From positions 118,856,001 through 118,920,000 of the forward strand of contig NC_058368.1 of the NCBI RefSeq assembly GCF_018350175.1: a DNA stretch of 64,000 bases, given 5' to 3'. The notes under the pieces were generated by a model, which worked only from the letters and a program-made list of their open reading frames with translations, had not been told where the DNA came from and ran no database searches. The DNA is from Felis catus. Its lineage: Eukaryota. A program made the position numbers and the translations under genes. This document shows positions 13,560-25,885 of this stretch, one piece after another (position 1 is the stretch's first letter; each line of letters opens with the position of its first letter).

Positions 13560-14226
13560 AAATAATTTCTCCAAATACTGAAAAATAACAAGTAACATTC
13601 AAAAAAGCATTCAAAGAAAACACAGACGTGTACTCATTCTGTTTGGAAATGAACTCTTGTAGGATAGAAAGGAATTAGTGTATTATTTGGCAACCTAGGA
13701 GATTCTGCACTATTTACATATTGCTGGTACCTCTACGCATATTATTGCCAAACTTCTGAGGCCTCTGTGTTGATGACACCGCTGGAGAGGCTGTCTGGGA
13801 AAGGAACCGTGCGATCACGTGGTGCTCGGACTCGCGCGGGCACCACCTTTCTGTCCCGTTCGCTCGCACGCCTGCCCGCCAGGGGCCAGGGGAGACTCGG
13901 CAAACCGAACCGGCACTGACCGACAGGCTCCCTGCTGGAATGAGAAGGGCGGTGGTTGCGGGAGGCAGAGGATCCGAATGGGACGGAGCCTCAGCCGCCT
14001 CCCCCGCACACAGGGCCGGTTTCCATCCCCCTCTTCCCCTAGAGCAAACCCGTTTGGTTTCTGAGACCACTGCTGCCTGTATGAATGCTCACCCACACTA
14101 GAAATCATATAGGTTATCCGTCGACATTTCTTTGACCCCTACAAAAAATATATAGCATGTCGTGATAAAACAATCTCATCTAAAAATCGTTCTTATTTTA
14201 CACTATACAAGCTATTTTACAATCAT

Positions 14227-14232
14227 TTTAAT
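14227..14232 (-). terminator. Candidate most-proximal polyA signal ATTAAA
   Basis: TTTATTAAAATGATTGTAAAATAG on the minus strand, followed by U/GU-rich sequence. Confidence 0.45.
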
Positions 14233-14452
14233 AAATTGCATGTAAAGCTGCAGTAGCCCTTCCCTTCCCAGATTAGTGAATACCAATATGATATATATCT
14301 GAAACTATAACTAAATATAAAAATATATTAGAAGTTTCGTATGTTTAATATTAGATTTTCAGTTTTCTATTACACAAATAATTTGGCCACTCTGAATAGA
14401 AATCAGCTTTCTTGTGGCTTAGTAAATAGAAGTTGAGTTTACAGAAAGTTGG

Positions 14453-14460
14453 TAAGGTGC
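14453..14460 (-). promoter_or_regulatory. miR-18 8mer site (GCACCTTA)
   Basis: taaggtgc on + strand; miR-18a is a reported GR regulator. Confidence 0.6.
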
Positions 14461-14551
14461 ACACAGAAAGGGCTACTACAGCTCCTACTTTGTTTAAAAT
14501 GATCTTTCTCAACAGCGAGGAGGAGAAGTTCTCAAGACTTGTGTTAAACTC

Positions 14552-14559
14552 TATGGCAC
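14552..14559 (-). promoter_or_regulatory. miR-183 8mer seed match (GTGCCATA)
   Basis: tatggcac on + strand. Confidence 0.45.
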
Positions 14560-15223
14560 ACGGAGGGATGTGAGGCATGTGGAGTTGCAAGAACATGGAA
14601 GTCTGACAGACAGTTCTAAATCACAAAAGTCAGTAGCTGAACTTTCCTGTACCGCCAGGAAAGGTAGACCAATTGGTGACGGATGGGAATGTGAAAATGG
14701 GTGTCTGGCTACTTTTTTCACGTTGGAGATTTATTTTGGGGGTGAAGTTTAGTGACCGGAACTACTTGGTCTGATTCCAATCTCTCAGTTGTGTCTCAGC
14801 TGGTTCTTTGGAATCATCACTTTTAAGAAGGTATACAAACTACAGCGAAAGGTCCTGAAAGACAGTTTACCGACTTTCTTGCCATCTAACCATTGCAGAG
14901 ACAGGCCATTAAGTACAAACAGGGCCTCTTGGTAGTTTTCGTGTTTGTTTTTAATTTCTTTTGCAACCATCATCCACGGTTTACGGAGCAGGTCACCGGA
15001 CTAGGTGCTCTACGCCAGTTAGGACGGTTAATTTGCACAACCTATATATAATTCTCCACTGAAGCAGATATATACAAAATATGAGCTTTTTTTTGACGAG
15101 AATACTGGAGATAGGAGTCAATTTTTGTGGTCTTCTGATAGCTAAGTGCCATCAGGTTAGAAGCACCAACCCATTTTCACACAGATGATTAATGGTTAGA
15201 GTTTATTTTGGAAAGCTATGAAC

Positions 15224-15231
15224 TAGCTGCC
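15224..15231 (-). promoter_or_regulatory. miR-22 8mer seed match (GGCAGCTA)
   Basis: tagctgcc on + strand. Confidence 0.5.
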
Positions 15232-15803
15232 CATCTTAAACAGCTGTACAATAACTTGAATACAAAAATTATGTAAGAAAAAATGAGCAAGCGTAGTTCA
15301 CTGGATATAAAGGAAATTGTTAAAACCAGACAGTAATAGCTATAAAAGGCACAGCTTCCCTTTTCTGATAGACACTTGTAAACTTTTTTTCAGGTTTCCA
15401 TGCATAAATCAAAAAATGCTATCCTAACTATACAGGGGAAAATACACCAACAAAAAGTCTAGGAAATTTTGTCCAGCCAACTGTGAAAAGTATGAGCAGA
15501 AAGTTTGTCACGCAGACTTCGGGCACTGGCAGTTTAGGCGCCGTCCTTCTCTGGCAGGTGGCTGCTGATTCCCGGGACCCACCAACCATCACTCTCTACT
15601 TGGCCCACCACTGAAGAGTGATGGCCAAGGGCCTCTGTTGCCAAGTCTTGGCCCCTCTATAAACCACATGTAGTGCGTATTTAAAACAAAACAGAACAAA
15701 ACCAAGGACCAGACGAAAACAAAAGAGAAAAAAATAAAACGGCAAAACTGCTACAGGACAAATTGATAGTTTGTACAACAAAAGCTATAAATTCAACTTT
15801 CTT

Positions 15804-15828
15804 TAAGGCAACCTTTCTTATTAAGGCA
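15804..15828 (-). promoter_or_regulatory. Two miR-124 seed matches (TGCCTTA) just after the stop codon
   Basis: taaggca on + strand at 15804-15810 and 15822-15828; a third match (GTGCCTT) at 15346-15352. miR-124 is a reported GR regulator. Confidence 0.65.
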
Positions 15829-15829
15829 G

Positions 15830-15982
15830 TCACTTTTGATGAAACAGAAGTTTTTTGATATTTCCACTTGAATATTTTGGTATCTGATTGGTGATGATTT
15901 CAGCTAACATCTCTGGGAATTCAATACTCATGGTCTTATTCAAAAATGTTTGGAAGCAAAAGTTAAGGAGATTTTCAACCAC
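15830..15982 (-). CDS. NR3C1: Glucocorticoid receptor exon 9-alpha coding part (helices 11-12/AF-2, stop)
   Basis: 153 bp; tgcag|GTGGTT; TGA at 15832-15830. Encodes [50 protein letters not shown]. Confidence 0.99.
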   Translation of the reverse strand: MVENLLNFCFQTFLNKTMSIEFPEMLAEIITNQIPKYSSGNIKKLLFHQK

Positions 15983-16532
15983 CTGCAAGAGAAAATAGAT
16001 TAACAGTTATTCTTCAACATTACTAGCAAGATCTCATGCTTGTTGGCTTCTAATTTTAAAAAACATATCTGACCTAGAGTATACCTGTCTTTGCTGGAAT
16101 CTGCCAGATAAAGAAGTTCAGTTGGATAAAGTGAGCATTCAGGTTACCAAAGACATTCTGGGGTCTTTAAAACTGTATCTAGAATCATACGGCCTTTAGC
16201 GCATCACCGTGACCCACACAGCACCGTGACATGGGAAGGACACATGCTGGTTTAATTGATTAGTCATATAAAAGAGAATTTGACTTAAAAGAATAGTGCC
16301 ATTCTGTACTGGCATCATGCTGTTCTATGCACGTGACTAGATGAAATATTTCATAACTGGCATGAGGAGAGACGTGTGCCAAAGTGAAGCTGTCACAACG
16401 TGAACTCAAACCATCACCCAAATCCACCAACAGAAAGAACAAAAAAAAACAAACAACTGGCGTATAATTACATACACTAATCAGAAGTCCCAGAAAATGT
16501 TTCGGATATCTGGATTTCAGTTTGACACTTAC

Positions 16533-16690
16533 ATCATGCATGGAGTCCAAGAGTTTTGTCAGTTGATAAAACCGCTGCCAGTTCTGACTGGAGTTTCCTT
16601 CCCTCTTGACAATGGCTTTTCCTAGCTCTTTGATGTAGGTCATTCTAATTTCATCAAATAGCTCTTGGCTCTTCAAACCTTCCTTAGGAA
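16533..16690 (-). CDS. NR3C1: Glucocorticoid receptor exon 8 (LBD)
   Basis: 158 bp; ttttag|TTCCT ... CATGAT|gtaagt. Encodes (V)[52 protein letters not shown]. Confidence 0.99.
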
Positions 16691-17439
16691 CTAAAAGGTA
16701 AAGATGTTGTCACATAAAGAATTTTCTTACGGTGACTCTGCCATAGGTGCCAGCAGGGCCTTTTATGATTAATAGCACGCTTCTTGACATGACATACATT
16801 GTATATACACTCTGAATATATTCCATGTAATTACAAGCATTTCACAGGATCACGAGAGTGCGGCCAAGAGAGGTTAGGGGATAATAGAAAATTGGAGGAT
16901 TTAACCCGGAGTTATAAGCCTTACTGGGGAGCAGGTATCTGCCTTCCCTTAGGCACTTAGAAAATAGGTCACGGATGCTATAAAATCAGTTGTTTTATAT
17001 TACTCTTCATAATGTTACTAGTAGGAAGGACTGTGAACAGAAGGTTAATCATGCTTTCCATTAATCTTGTAGAGACAGACTTTTGTACACTGCTCAATTT
17101 TCTCAAAATGTGCACCTAGGAACTCTGGTTCTGTGTGAATGGTTAGGGAAAAAAGGATTTGGTCAACATTGAAGCAAACCTAAAGGTTAATACAAAGTTA
17201 AGGAGATTTCTGGATTTCAGGATGTTTCAGAGCCAAAATTAAGCACTTTCTAGGGAAGGGGGTGTGTTGTTTCCCAAACTTAACTTCATTGTTGCCGGTA
17301 TCTTAGAAAATGCTGGAATTCAGGAAGAGCAGTGGCTTTAGGAGCAAGAAGTTTTAATTTTTACTTGCCCTGTGGATTTGAGTATAACCTGCCTGAGCTG
17401 TGTTTCCTACTCGTTCTCACTGAACTGTTTAAAATTGGT

Positions 17440-19835
17440 TTACAAATTTAGATATAATTGACATATTAGTTTCAGGTTGTACAACATAATGATGAAATAT
17501 TTGTATATATTGCAAAATGATCACAATAAATCTATAGTTAACATCCATCACCATATGTCACCATTGTTTTGGTTTGTGGTGAAAACTTGTAAAATTTACT
17601 CTCTGCAACTTTCAGATATATAATATAGTATGAATAACGATAACCACCATGCTGTACATGAGATCCACATGACTTACTCATTTTATACCTGGCAGTTTGT
17701 ACTTTTTAACCTCCTTTACCCATTTCTCCCACTCCCCACCCTCCCACCTCTGGAGACCACTAGTCTGTTCTCTGTGTACGTGAGCTTGTCTTTGTTGGGT
17801 TTCCACATTCCACAGAGAAGTGAGATTACATGTTTATTTGTACTTGTCTTTCTCGGTCTGACTAACGCCCTCTAGGTTGATCCATGTTGTTGCAAGTGGC
17901 AAGATTTCACGATCTTTAATGGTGGAATAATATCCCATTGAATATATACACACCACGACTTCTTTATTCATCCATCCATAAATGGACACTTAGGTTGCTT
18001 CCACATCTTGGCTATTGTAAATCATTATGCAATGACTATGGGGCTACATCCATTTTTTTATGTCATGTTTTCATTTTCTGTGGACAAAAACCCAGAAGTG
18101 GAATTGCAGGGTAATGTACTAGTTCTATTTTTAATTTTCTGAGGAATCTCCATGCTTTTTTCCACAGTGGCCGCACCAGTTTGCACTCCTACCAGCCGTG
18201 CACAGGGTTGCCTCTTTTCCACATCCTTGTCAACACTTGTCTTGTTTTTATTATTACATATTTTTTAATGTTTGTTTATTTTTGAGAGAGAGAAAGACAA
18301 AGCATGAGCAGGGGAGGGGCAGAGAGAGGGAGCCACAGAATCCGAAGCAGATTCCAGACTCTGAGCTGTCAGCACAGAGCTGGACGTGGGACTCGAACCC
18401 ACGAACTGTGAGATCATGACGGGAGCTGAAGTTAGACACTTGACCGCCTGAGCCAACCAGGAGCCCTTTATTTCCTGTCTTTTTGACAACAGACATTCTA
18501 ACAAAGATGAGGTGATCTCTCATGTGGTTTTGATGTGCATTTCCCTGTTGATTTGTGATGACAAGACCCTTTTGATGTGCCTGTTGGCCAGACAACTTGC
18601 AAGTATTTTCTCTCATTCTGTAGGTTGCTTTTTCATTTGATCGTTTCCTTCTGTGCATAGTTTTATAGTTAGACATGCTGCCATTTTTATTTTTACTTTT
18701 CTTGCTTTTGGTGCCAGGTTAAGAAAATCCCCGCCAAGACTGATGTCAGGGTGCTAACTGCTTATGTTTTCTTCTAGGATTTCTATGGTTTCAGGTCTTA
18801 CGTTCAAGTCTTTGATTCATTTTGGGGTTAATTCCTTTGTATGGTGTGAGATAATGGTCCAGTTTTTTGCATATGTCTGTCCAGTTTTCTCAGGGTTGTT
18901 TACTGAAGAGACTGTTCTTTCTCCATTATATGTTTTTTGGCTCCGTCATAAATTAATGCTCTCCTATCTCTCATTCATCTATGTGTCTCTTTTCTTGCCC
19001 ATACCATGTTGTTTACAGGACTACAGCTTTGTAATACAGTTTTAAGCCAGGGAGTTTGATGCCTCCAGGTTTGTTCGCCATTCTCTAGATTTCTTTGGTT
19101 ATTCTGGGTCTTTTATAGTTCCGTACAGAATTTAGGATTAGTTGTTCTGTGAAAAATGCCATTGAAATTTTAACAGGGATTACAGTGAATCTGTAGATTG
19201 CTTTTGGTAATATGGAAATTCTAACGATATTCTTCCAGTCCATGAGTATGGAGTATCTTTTATGTCTTCTTTAATTTCTTTCACCAGTGTCTTACAGTTT
19301 TCAAGGTACAGGTCTTTTGCCTCCTTGGATACATTTATTAATTTTTCTGTTAGCTTGTTACTGGTATCTAGAACTGCAACAGATTTTAAATAGTGATTTT
19401 GTATCCTGCAACTTTACTAAATTTGTTTGTTAATTCTAACAGTCCTTTTGTGGAATCTTTGAGATTTTCTATATATAAAATCATGTCATCTGCAATGAGT
19501 GTTTTATTTAGTCCTTTTAGATTTGGAAGCCTTTTATTTCTTGTCTAATTGCTCTGGCCAGAACCTCAATAGTGTTTTGAATAAAAGCGATGATAGTGGA
19601 TACCCTTGTGTTACTCCTGATCATGAAGGACAAGTTTGTAGCTTTTTCACTACTGACTATGACGTTAGCTGTGGATGTGTCATATATAGCCTTTATTTTG
19701 AGACATATTCCCTCTATCCTAATTTTAAAAGTTTTTTTCATAAATAGACATTGAATTTTGTCAGTGCTTTTTCTGCATCTGTTGAGATTATTATATGATT
19801 TTTTATCTTTCTTTTGTTAATGTGCTATATCACTC
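17440..19835 (-). mobile_element. 5'-truncated LINE-1 (~2.2 kb, sense to NR3C1, intron 7)
   Basis: L1 3'UTR and ORF2 remnants (IKAIYD..ANVI, EVLARAIRQE); interrupted by a SINE. Confidence 0.9.
18260..18466 (-). mobile_element. CAN-SINE nested in L1
   Basis: Typical body (gagctgtcagcacagagc, gtgagatcatgac). Confidence 0.9.
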
Positions 19836-20356
19836 TCCCTGGATTTTGATTAGGGTTAGGCCAAAGAACACATACGAAAACGTTCTAATTCTAGAAAGCA
19901 CTACTTGGTACTTCTAAGATGTCAGTATTACTGTGAAAACAAAGACTACTTAAACAGGAGTGGTAAGAGCCTACCATGTTAAAAATGGGCCTACGTCAAT
20001 ATATTACACATAACCTAATTATTGCTAATTTTTTAAATATTGAAATTTAATATTTTTATTGATTGCTTATCTTTAACTTTCTCCTGCATGTTACCCAAAT
20101 TCTAAAAGTAATTGTGGGTGGAGCCCTATTCACTGCTTATGTTTAAAAGAATCTCATCCATCTCAAATTACCCCTAATTATCTTTGTAGCTCCGTCTTTT
20201 TGCTTTATGTGGTTGGGCCATATATTTAGAATTACTTTCCTGATAAATAAAATGTTTTATTTAAAGAGTATCTTTACATAAAGAACTGTTCTTCTTTCTG
20301 CTTTAAAGTCTGTGCTGATAGCAATGTAGCTGCTACCAATTCCTTTTAGTGTAAGC

Positions 20357-20556
20357 AGTGGTCAGCAAACCATGACCAGCAGTCTGTGTTTGTAAATAAA
20401 GTTTTATTGGCACACGGCCCTGCCTTCTCTCCTTACATTGTTGAGGACCCTGTTCATGCTGCAGGGAGCAGGGCTGATTAGCTATGACAGGGAGTGTAGG
20501 CAAAGCTGAAAACATTTACCATCTGACACTGTCCTGCACAACTTTGCCATCACCGG
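20357..20556. mobile_element. MER58-like hAT DNA transposon
   Basis: cagtggtcagcaaac start; tttgtaaataaagttttattggcacac; aaaacatttaccatctg. Confidence 0.75.
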
Positions 20557-21396
20557 GTTACTCTATGCATAGGCTAGATGGCCTTGTATTTCAGCCACTC
20601 AGTATCTTTATTCAGATACTCTCATGTAAACAGCATAACATTGGACTATTATTTTTTTAATCCAGCCTTGCACTTTTTTGTGTGTCTTTTCACCTTGGAG
20701 CCTTGTAGCTTTTATCCCCTCTTGATGTAACGAAATTGCTAATACATTTATTTGTACGATTTGTTACTTTCCCTTACCATGCTTTTAGTTTATGCTCCCC
20801 GCCCCCCTCCTTCTCATTCCATTTTTTTGTATTGCTTTTCCTTCCCATGTTTTCCTCAGCTGCTGCCACCCTGCGACTCAGGGCTTTGGTCCTTTGTGTA
20901 GTTTTTCCGTCTTTAGCCATCATTACTGAAATGTAAACACTCATTCTTATCAAACTCCCCTTCTTGTTTATATGTAATTATTGTGTCCTTTGGTTCTGTT
21001 TTTTAAACCCTCCAAATTGCTGTTATTGTATACAGTAAATGTTAGCTTAAATGTATCTACATATTCTCCACTTTCTTTGTTCTTTTTTCCTTCTTAGGAT
21101 AAGTGAAAGTAATCCCATCTCTAAGTATATCCTTTAATTACTTCATTCAGGATCTATGATGGCAAACTTTCCTTTAAAAAATAGATTATTGGTACATTTA
21201 GACTATTGAAATGTAAGGTGATGTTTGGATTAATAGCTACCCTGTTTGTAACCGTTTTCTACTCAGTGCACTTGTTCTTTTTTTCTTTCGTAAGCTTCCC
21301 TTTTTTTTTTCTACTTTCTCTGGTTTTCACTGAGTATTTCATATGATTCTATATTCTTTCTTATCAATTAATACTCATTTTTAAAAGCTGTTTTCA

Positions 21397-21578
21397 GGGG
21401 CACCTGGGTGGCTCAGTCGGTGAAGCGTCTGACTCTGGACTTCGGCTCAGGTCATGGTTCGTAAGTTTGAGCCCCGTGCCAGGCTCTGCGCTGACAGCAC
21501 AGAGCCTGCTTGAGATTCTTTCTCTCCTCTCTCTGCCCTTCCCTCATTCGTGCTGTCTGAAAATAATTAAAAAAAAAA
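21397..21578 (+). mobile_element. CAN-SINE
   Basis: GGGGCACCTGGGTGGCTCAGTCGG head. Confidence 0.9.
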
Positions 21579-22065
21579 CCAACCACCAAAAAACTTTTCA
21601 GTGGGTTGCCCTACCCCTCCCCCTATACATAGATGACCAATCTACATCTCCTTTACATCACACTATTGTACTCGATAGGGAGAGCAGGTACCTGCCAGCA
21701 GTATTCCTAGCCCCTCCCTCCCACTGGTTTGAACCCTGCTGCCATTCATTTCACCAGTATACCTTACACCCATCCCGTGCACGGCTGCTGTAATTACTCC
21801 ACAGTTGTGTTAAGTTACATCAGCGAAGAAGAAAAAGGAAATCTTATCTTCGTTGCTTCCTTCTCTGATGCTCTTCTTTCCTTTATGGAGATCCATGTTT
21901 CTGGACTGTGTCATTTTCAATTCCTCTGAAGAACTGCCTTAAATGTTTTATGCAAGGCAGGTGTTCTAGTGACTAATTGTTGGTTTTCGTTTGAGACTCG
22001 CTGTTTCGCTCTCAATTTGGAAGGATAATTTCCCTGGATATATAATTCTAGATTTTTACTTTTTT

Positions 22066-22282
22066 TTTTAATTTTTTTTCAACGTTTATTTATTTTTGGG
22101 ACAGAGAGAGACAGAGCATGAACGGGGGAGGGGCAGAGAGAGAGGGAGACACAGAACCGGAAACAGGCTCCAGGCTCTGAGCCATCAGCCCAGAGCCCGA
22201 CGCGGGGCTCGAACTCCGGGACCGCGAGATCGTGACCTGGCTGAAGTCGGACGCTTAACCGACCGCGCCACCCAGGTGCCCC
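22066..22282 (-). mobile_element. Young felid SINE (SINEC_Fc1-like)
   Basis: CpG-rich, near-consensus body; TSD GATTTTTACTTTTTT at 22051-22065 and 22283-22297. Confidence 0.95.
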
Positions 22283-24550
22283 GATTTTTACTTTTTTAAG
22301 CACTAAATATTTCACTCCACTCCCTTGGTGCTTGCATGGCTCCTCTGTGGGTAAGCTGCTTTTTTTCCTCCTCGGGCTTCAAGATTTCTTCTTGATTTGG
22401 TTTTCTGCATTTTGATTAAAACATGTCTAGATGTAGATGTTGTGGTATTTATCTTTCTTGGAGTTTGGGAGTTTCCTGGGTCCATGTTTTGGTGTTTGTC
22501 ATTAATTTTGGAAATTTCTCAGTCGTTATCACTTCATATATTTCTTCCTTTCTTTTACTTTGGATAGCCCCATTACTTGTATGTTACACATGTTGTTATG
22601 GTCCCCCCACAGTTCTTGAATACTCTGTTGCATGTTTTTTTTCACTCTTCTCTTTGCATTTGAGTTTGGGAGTTTGCCACTTCCGGTTTACTGATGAGCT
22701 AAATATCCCATTCCATTGCAGTAATTCTCATCTTTATAATATCTCCATCATATGTTTCTTTTCTAGAGTTTCCACTTCTCTGCTTACATTACCCAGGTGT
22801 TGTCACATGTTGCTAACTTTTTCCATTACAGCCCTTACCATATATTAATCATTGTTATCTTAAATTCTCTGATAATGACAACATCTGTGTCATGGCTGAG
22901 CTGGATGCGAAGCTTGACTCTTCAGACTATTTTTTCTTGCCTTTTAGCTTTTTTTTTGTTTGTTTGTTTGTTTGCTGTTGTCAGAACTGAGGTAATTATG
23001 CTTTTAGCATGAGGTTTGATGTTCATCTAGCTAGGAGCTGAGCTGTGTTTCATGCTAGCCATAGGTGTTTAATGGAAACTAAACCTGTTTCCTTGTTTTT
23101 CCCCTCTTGTCTTTGGGTTTCCCTAAGAACTCCTTCTCAGATGGCTGTGTTCTACAGTTCTAATCCAGTGGAGCCCTACTGATATGGTGGTAAGGTATTG
23201 GTGATGTGGGGTGTCTGATCCTTTTTGATTAAATCTGTTTTGTCCTGAACTTTAGAAGTGTTTCCGAACCACAACCTCCACCTTATATTCCTGTTTCCCT
23301 TGCCAGAGATACAGGAAGGAAAAGGGGGCTGCCCTGACCTATTTGCCCTTTTCCTGAGGTCAGATAAATTTCTTTTACAGAGGCTTCCCTCAGAGGGCAA
23401 CAAACAGAGGGGATCTTTTCTCTGATCTTCACTGTGAAAACCTGGTGGGGCTTATGCAGGTAAACCCCCAAAAAGTGTGGGGAGGCAACCCCCTTAGTTT
23501 TTAATTCGCAAGCTCTTCCTAGGTCTCCAGCACTTCATCAAAATTACAAGTATTCCTAACCAGGTACTGGCTCTAGAAGTTTCTTTTCCCAGTAAGCTGA
23601 TCATGGCTGTGCTTCTCTATATCTGTCTGTCTCTACAGATTTTGACATGGTCATTTGCCTTGTGACCTCAATTCATTGATGGCTCCAAGAAAAGTTAACT
23701 GATTTTTAGTTCAGCTTCTTACTGTTGAAGATGGGAATGGCAGTGTCCAAGCTGTTTACTTGTCAGAGATGAATGGAAGTCCACCTTCGTTTTTCAATAT
23801 TTTTTCCTTAGCATTACGAAAAAATCCTTCCATTGTCTTCACTCCTGCTACATAGGTTATTAAGTTGCTTCTCCGTTGAGGGTTTTTTTTTTTTTTTTTC
23901 AGTCAGTTGGATTTTACTTGTATATTAGGTAGAATTCATTGAACTGCCTGGATAGGGCAGGAGAGTTTTCAGCCATTCTTTGCATAGTTCCCTTCCCTAT
24001 TCTCACTCCCTTTCATTTTGGATCTCTGGTGATTATGTGCCACCAGAGCTTTTGTCAACTGGCATACCATGAATGGTCACCCATGTGTCAGGATACACAT
24101 TTCATTTACTCGCAGACTGCTTTACTGTAGAAATGCTCCTTTTTATGTTCATTAAAGCACTCTTTCAGCCCTCCTCCCTCAGTCATGCCTCTTGTTACTT
24201 ATGTACGTGATACACACATATACGTATCTATGCATTTAAAAACTTGCATTCTGGCTAATTTCTTCTTTCTCCAAATGGGTCTGATCTGCTTTTAGAGACA
24301 TCCCTTATTTAAAAAATTTCACTTAGGTTTCCAACCCGTCTTTAAACTTATTAAATATACCCTCTTAGTACGGCTGACTTCTTTGGGTTCCTGCCTGCAC
24401 TTAGTTTTTCCTGCTTTTAGTCTAGCGTTTTCAGTGGGAGGTTAGGGTACCTCTTCTGGTATTCTGATAGGCTAGAAGTCTGACTGTATCTTATGGTATC
24501 TATTTTATTCCTTGTGATTCTATTCCTTTTTTAAAAAAGAACCAGCGTAA

Positions 24551-24722
24551 GGCGCCTGGGTGGTTCAGTCGGTTTAGTGTCATGATCTCAAGGTTCATGG
24601 GATCAAGCCCTGTGTCAGGCTCTGGGCTCACAGCGTGGAACGTGCTTTGGATTCCTTCCCTCTGTTCCCTCCTCAGTTTGCACTCTCTGTCAAAATAAAC
24701 ATTTTTTAAAAATTGAAAAAAA
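24551..24722 (+). mobile_element. CAN-SINE (internally deleted)
   Basis: GGCGCCTGGGTGGTTCAGTCGG head, A tail. Confidence 0.9.
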
Positions 24723-25885
24723 GACCAGTGATATGTACTAGTTCAGTTTACTTTTTGTATTCTCTGCAATGAAGAATCTGGTATGTATACAACTTAAATC
24801 ACCAGTGTTTACAAATAGGATTGCTTAGTGTTTGGTGCTGATCTGTACCTGGAATTATGATCAGAACTTCAACAGTTTATTGAAATAACGTCAAGCTCAT
24901 TTCTTTAACACATGTGCTGCATTAGGTAACGTCAAAAAGTCTCTAGCAAATGAGTTGTGGAAAATTCCTGTCTTGACTAAAATGTTAATGGATTTAAATA
25001 TTAATAATATAAAAGAACTTTCTGTAGAACAAGGTAGTATGAAAGCATTAATGATAGAGGTGTCTTGGAAAAGCTGAAACAGATACAGTCACATGCAACA
25101 TCCATCACTTCGAGTTACTTGGCAGCTTTGAAACCAGAATTACTCATGGAAAGACTTTTTGAAACCCTCAACTTTATTTGTATATGAAAGAAGGGTTCAG
25201 TCATCAACTTAGTATTTTATAAACACTACCTTCATATGGGATTTTTATTGGTATTATACAATTTTAGCCTATTCCAACTATTCACACACCTTCTACTGGT
25301 TGTTGAAAATGCCACCTTTTTACGAATCAGATACGCTGTATTTTTCACAAGCTTTCTAGGTTTACTGAGTAGTGCCTTTGCCAGTCAAAAGTAGTCTCAC
25401 TCAAGTTGACATACCAGTAACTTTAAACTTTGAAGACGGTTTCATAAACTCTTGCTGCATCATGGGATGTTCTAACCGTAAGCGCGATGTACTTTTGTCT
25501 CAATTTCTTAGACACAGGAGTATTCCTTGGGTAACTAAGTTGACCAGGTTACAACAGAGCACAGAAACTAAAATCATTCTAGCTGGCTTTGTTTCTCCCT
25601 GTTTCCCCCGGGGAAGGAGGTGTGTACACATTCCAGACCCACAGAGGCTCCTGCGTAGCTCATGTACTCCTCTGTTTCCCAATGGTACCCAACTGTCTTC
25701 CTAATCTTAGCATCACTGGCTGGGCCTTTATAAAATTTTACATTTATGAACAGGCTCAACTATTTGAGTAGCGGGAAATAACCGTGGACTTGGTGCTATG
25801 TACACAAACAAACCTTTGTTTCTATATTTCCTATTTTTGACATACTTAGAAGTGAATTTTAGACGCAAATAGGTGTTCTACCAAC

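Larger units (their letters stand above)
11809..15829 (-). other. NR3C1: NR3C1 exon 9 long 3'UTR
   Basis: No recognisable interspersed repeats; AU-rich; colinear with the human NR3C1 3'UTR as recalled; ends ...CATAATAAAAAAATCTGCTTTTTCATTA like the human distal mRNA end. Confidence 0.85.
20580..24000 (-). mobile_element. Highly decayed old LINE-1 fragments (L1MC/ME-like)
   Basis: aaggataatttccctggatatataattcta and ttttggaaatttctcagtcgttat L1M antisense motifs; boundaries uncertain. Confidence 0.6.

Noticed and set aside
13714..14108. Three overlapping ORFs (81-118 aa) in the 3'UTR
   Set aside because: Explained by local GC richness depleting stop codons; no protein similarity recognised.
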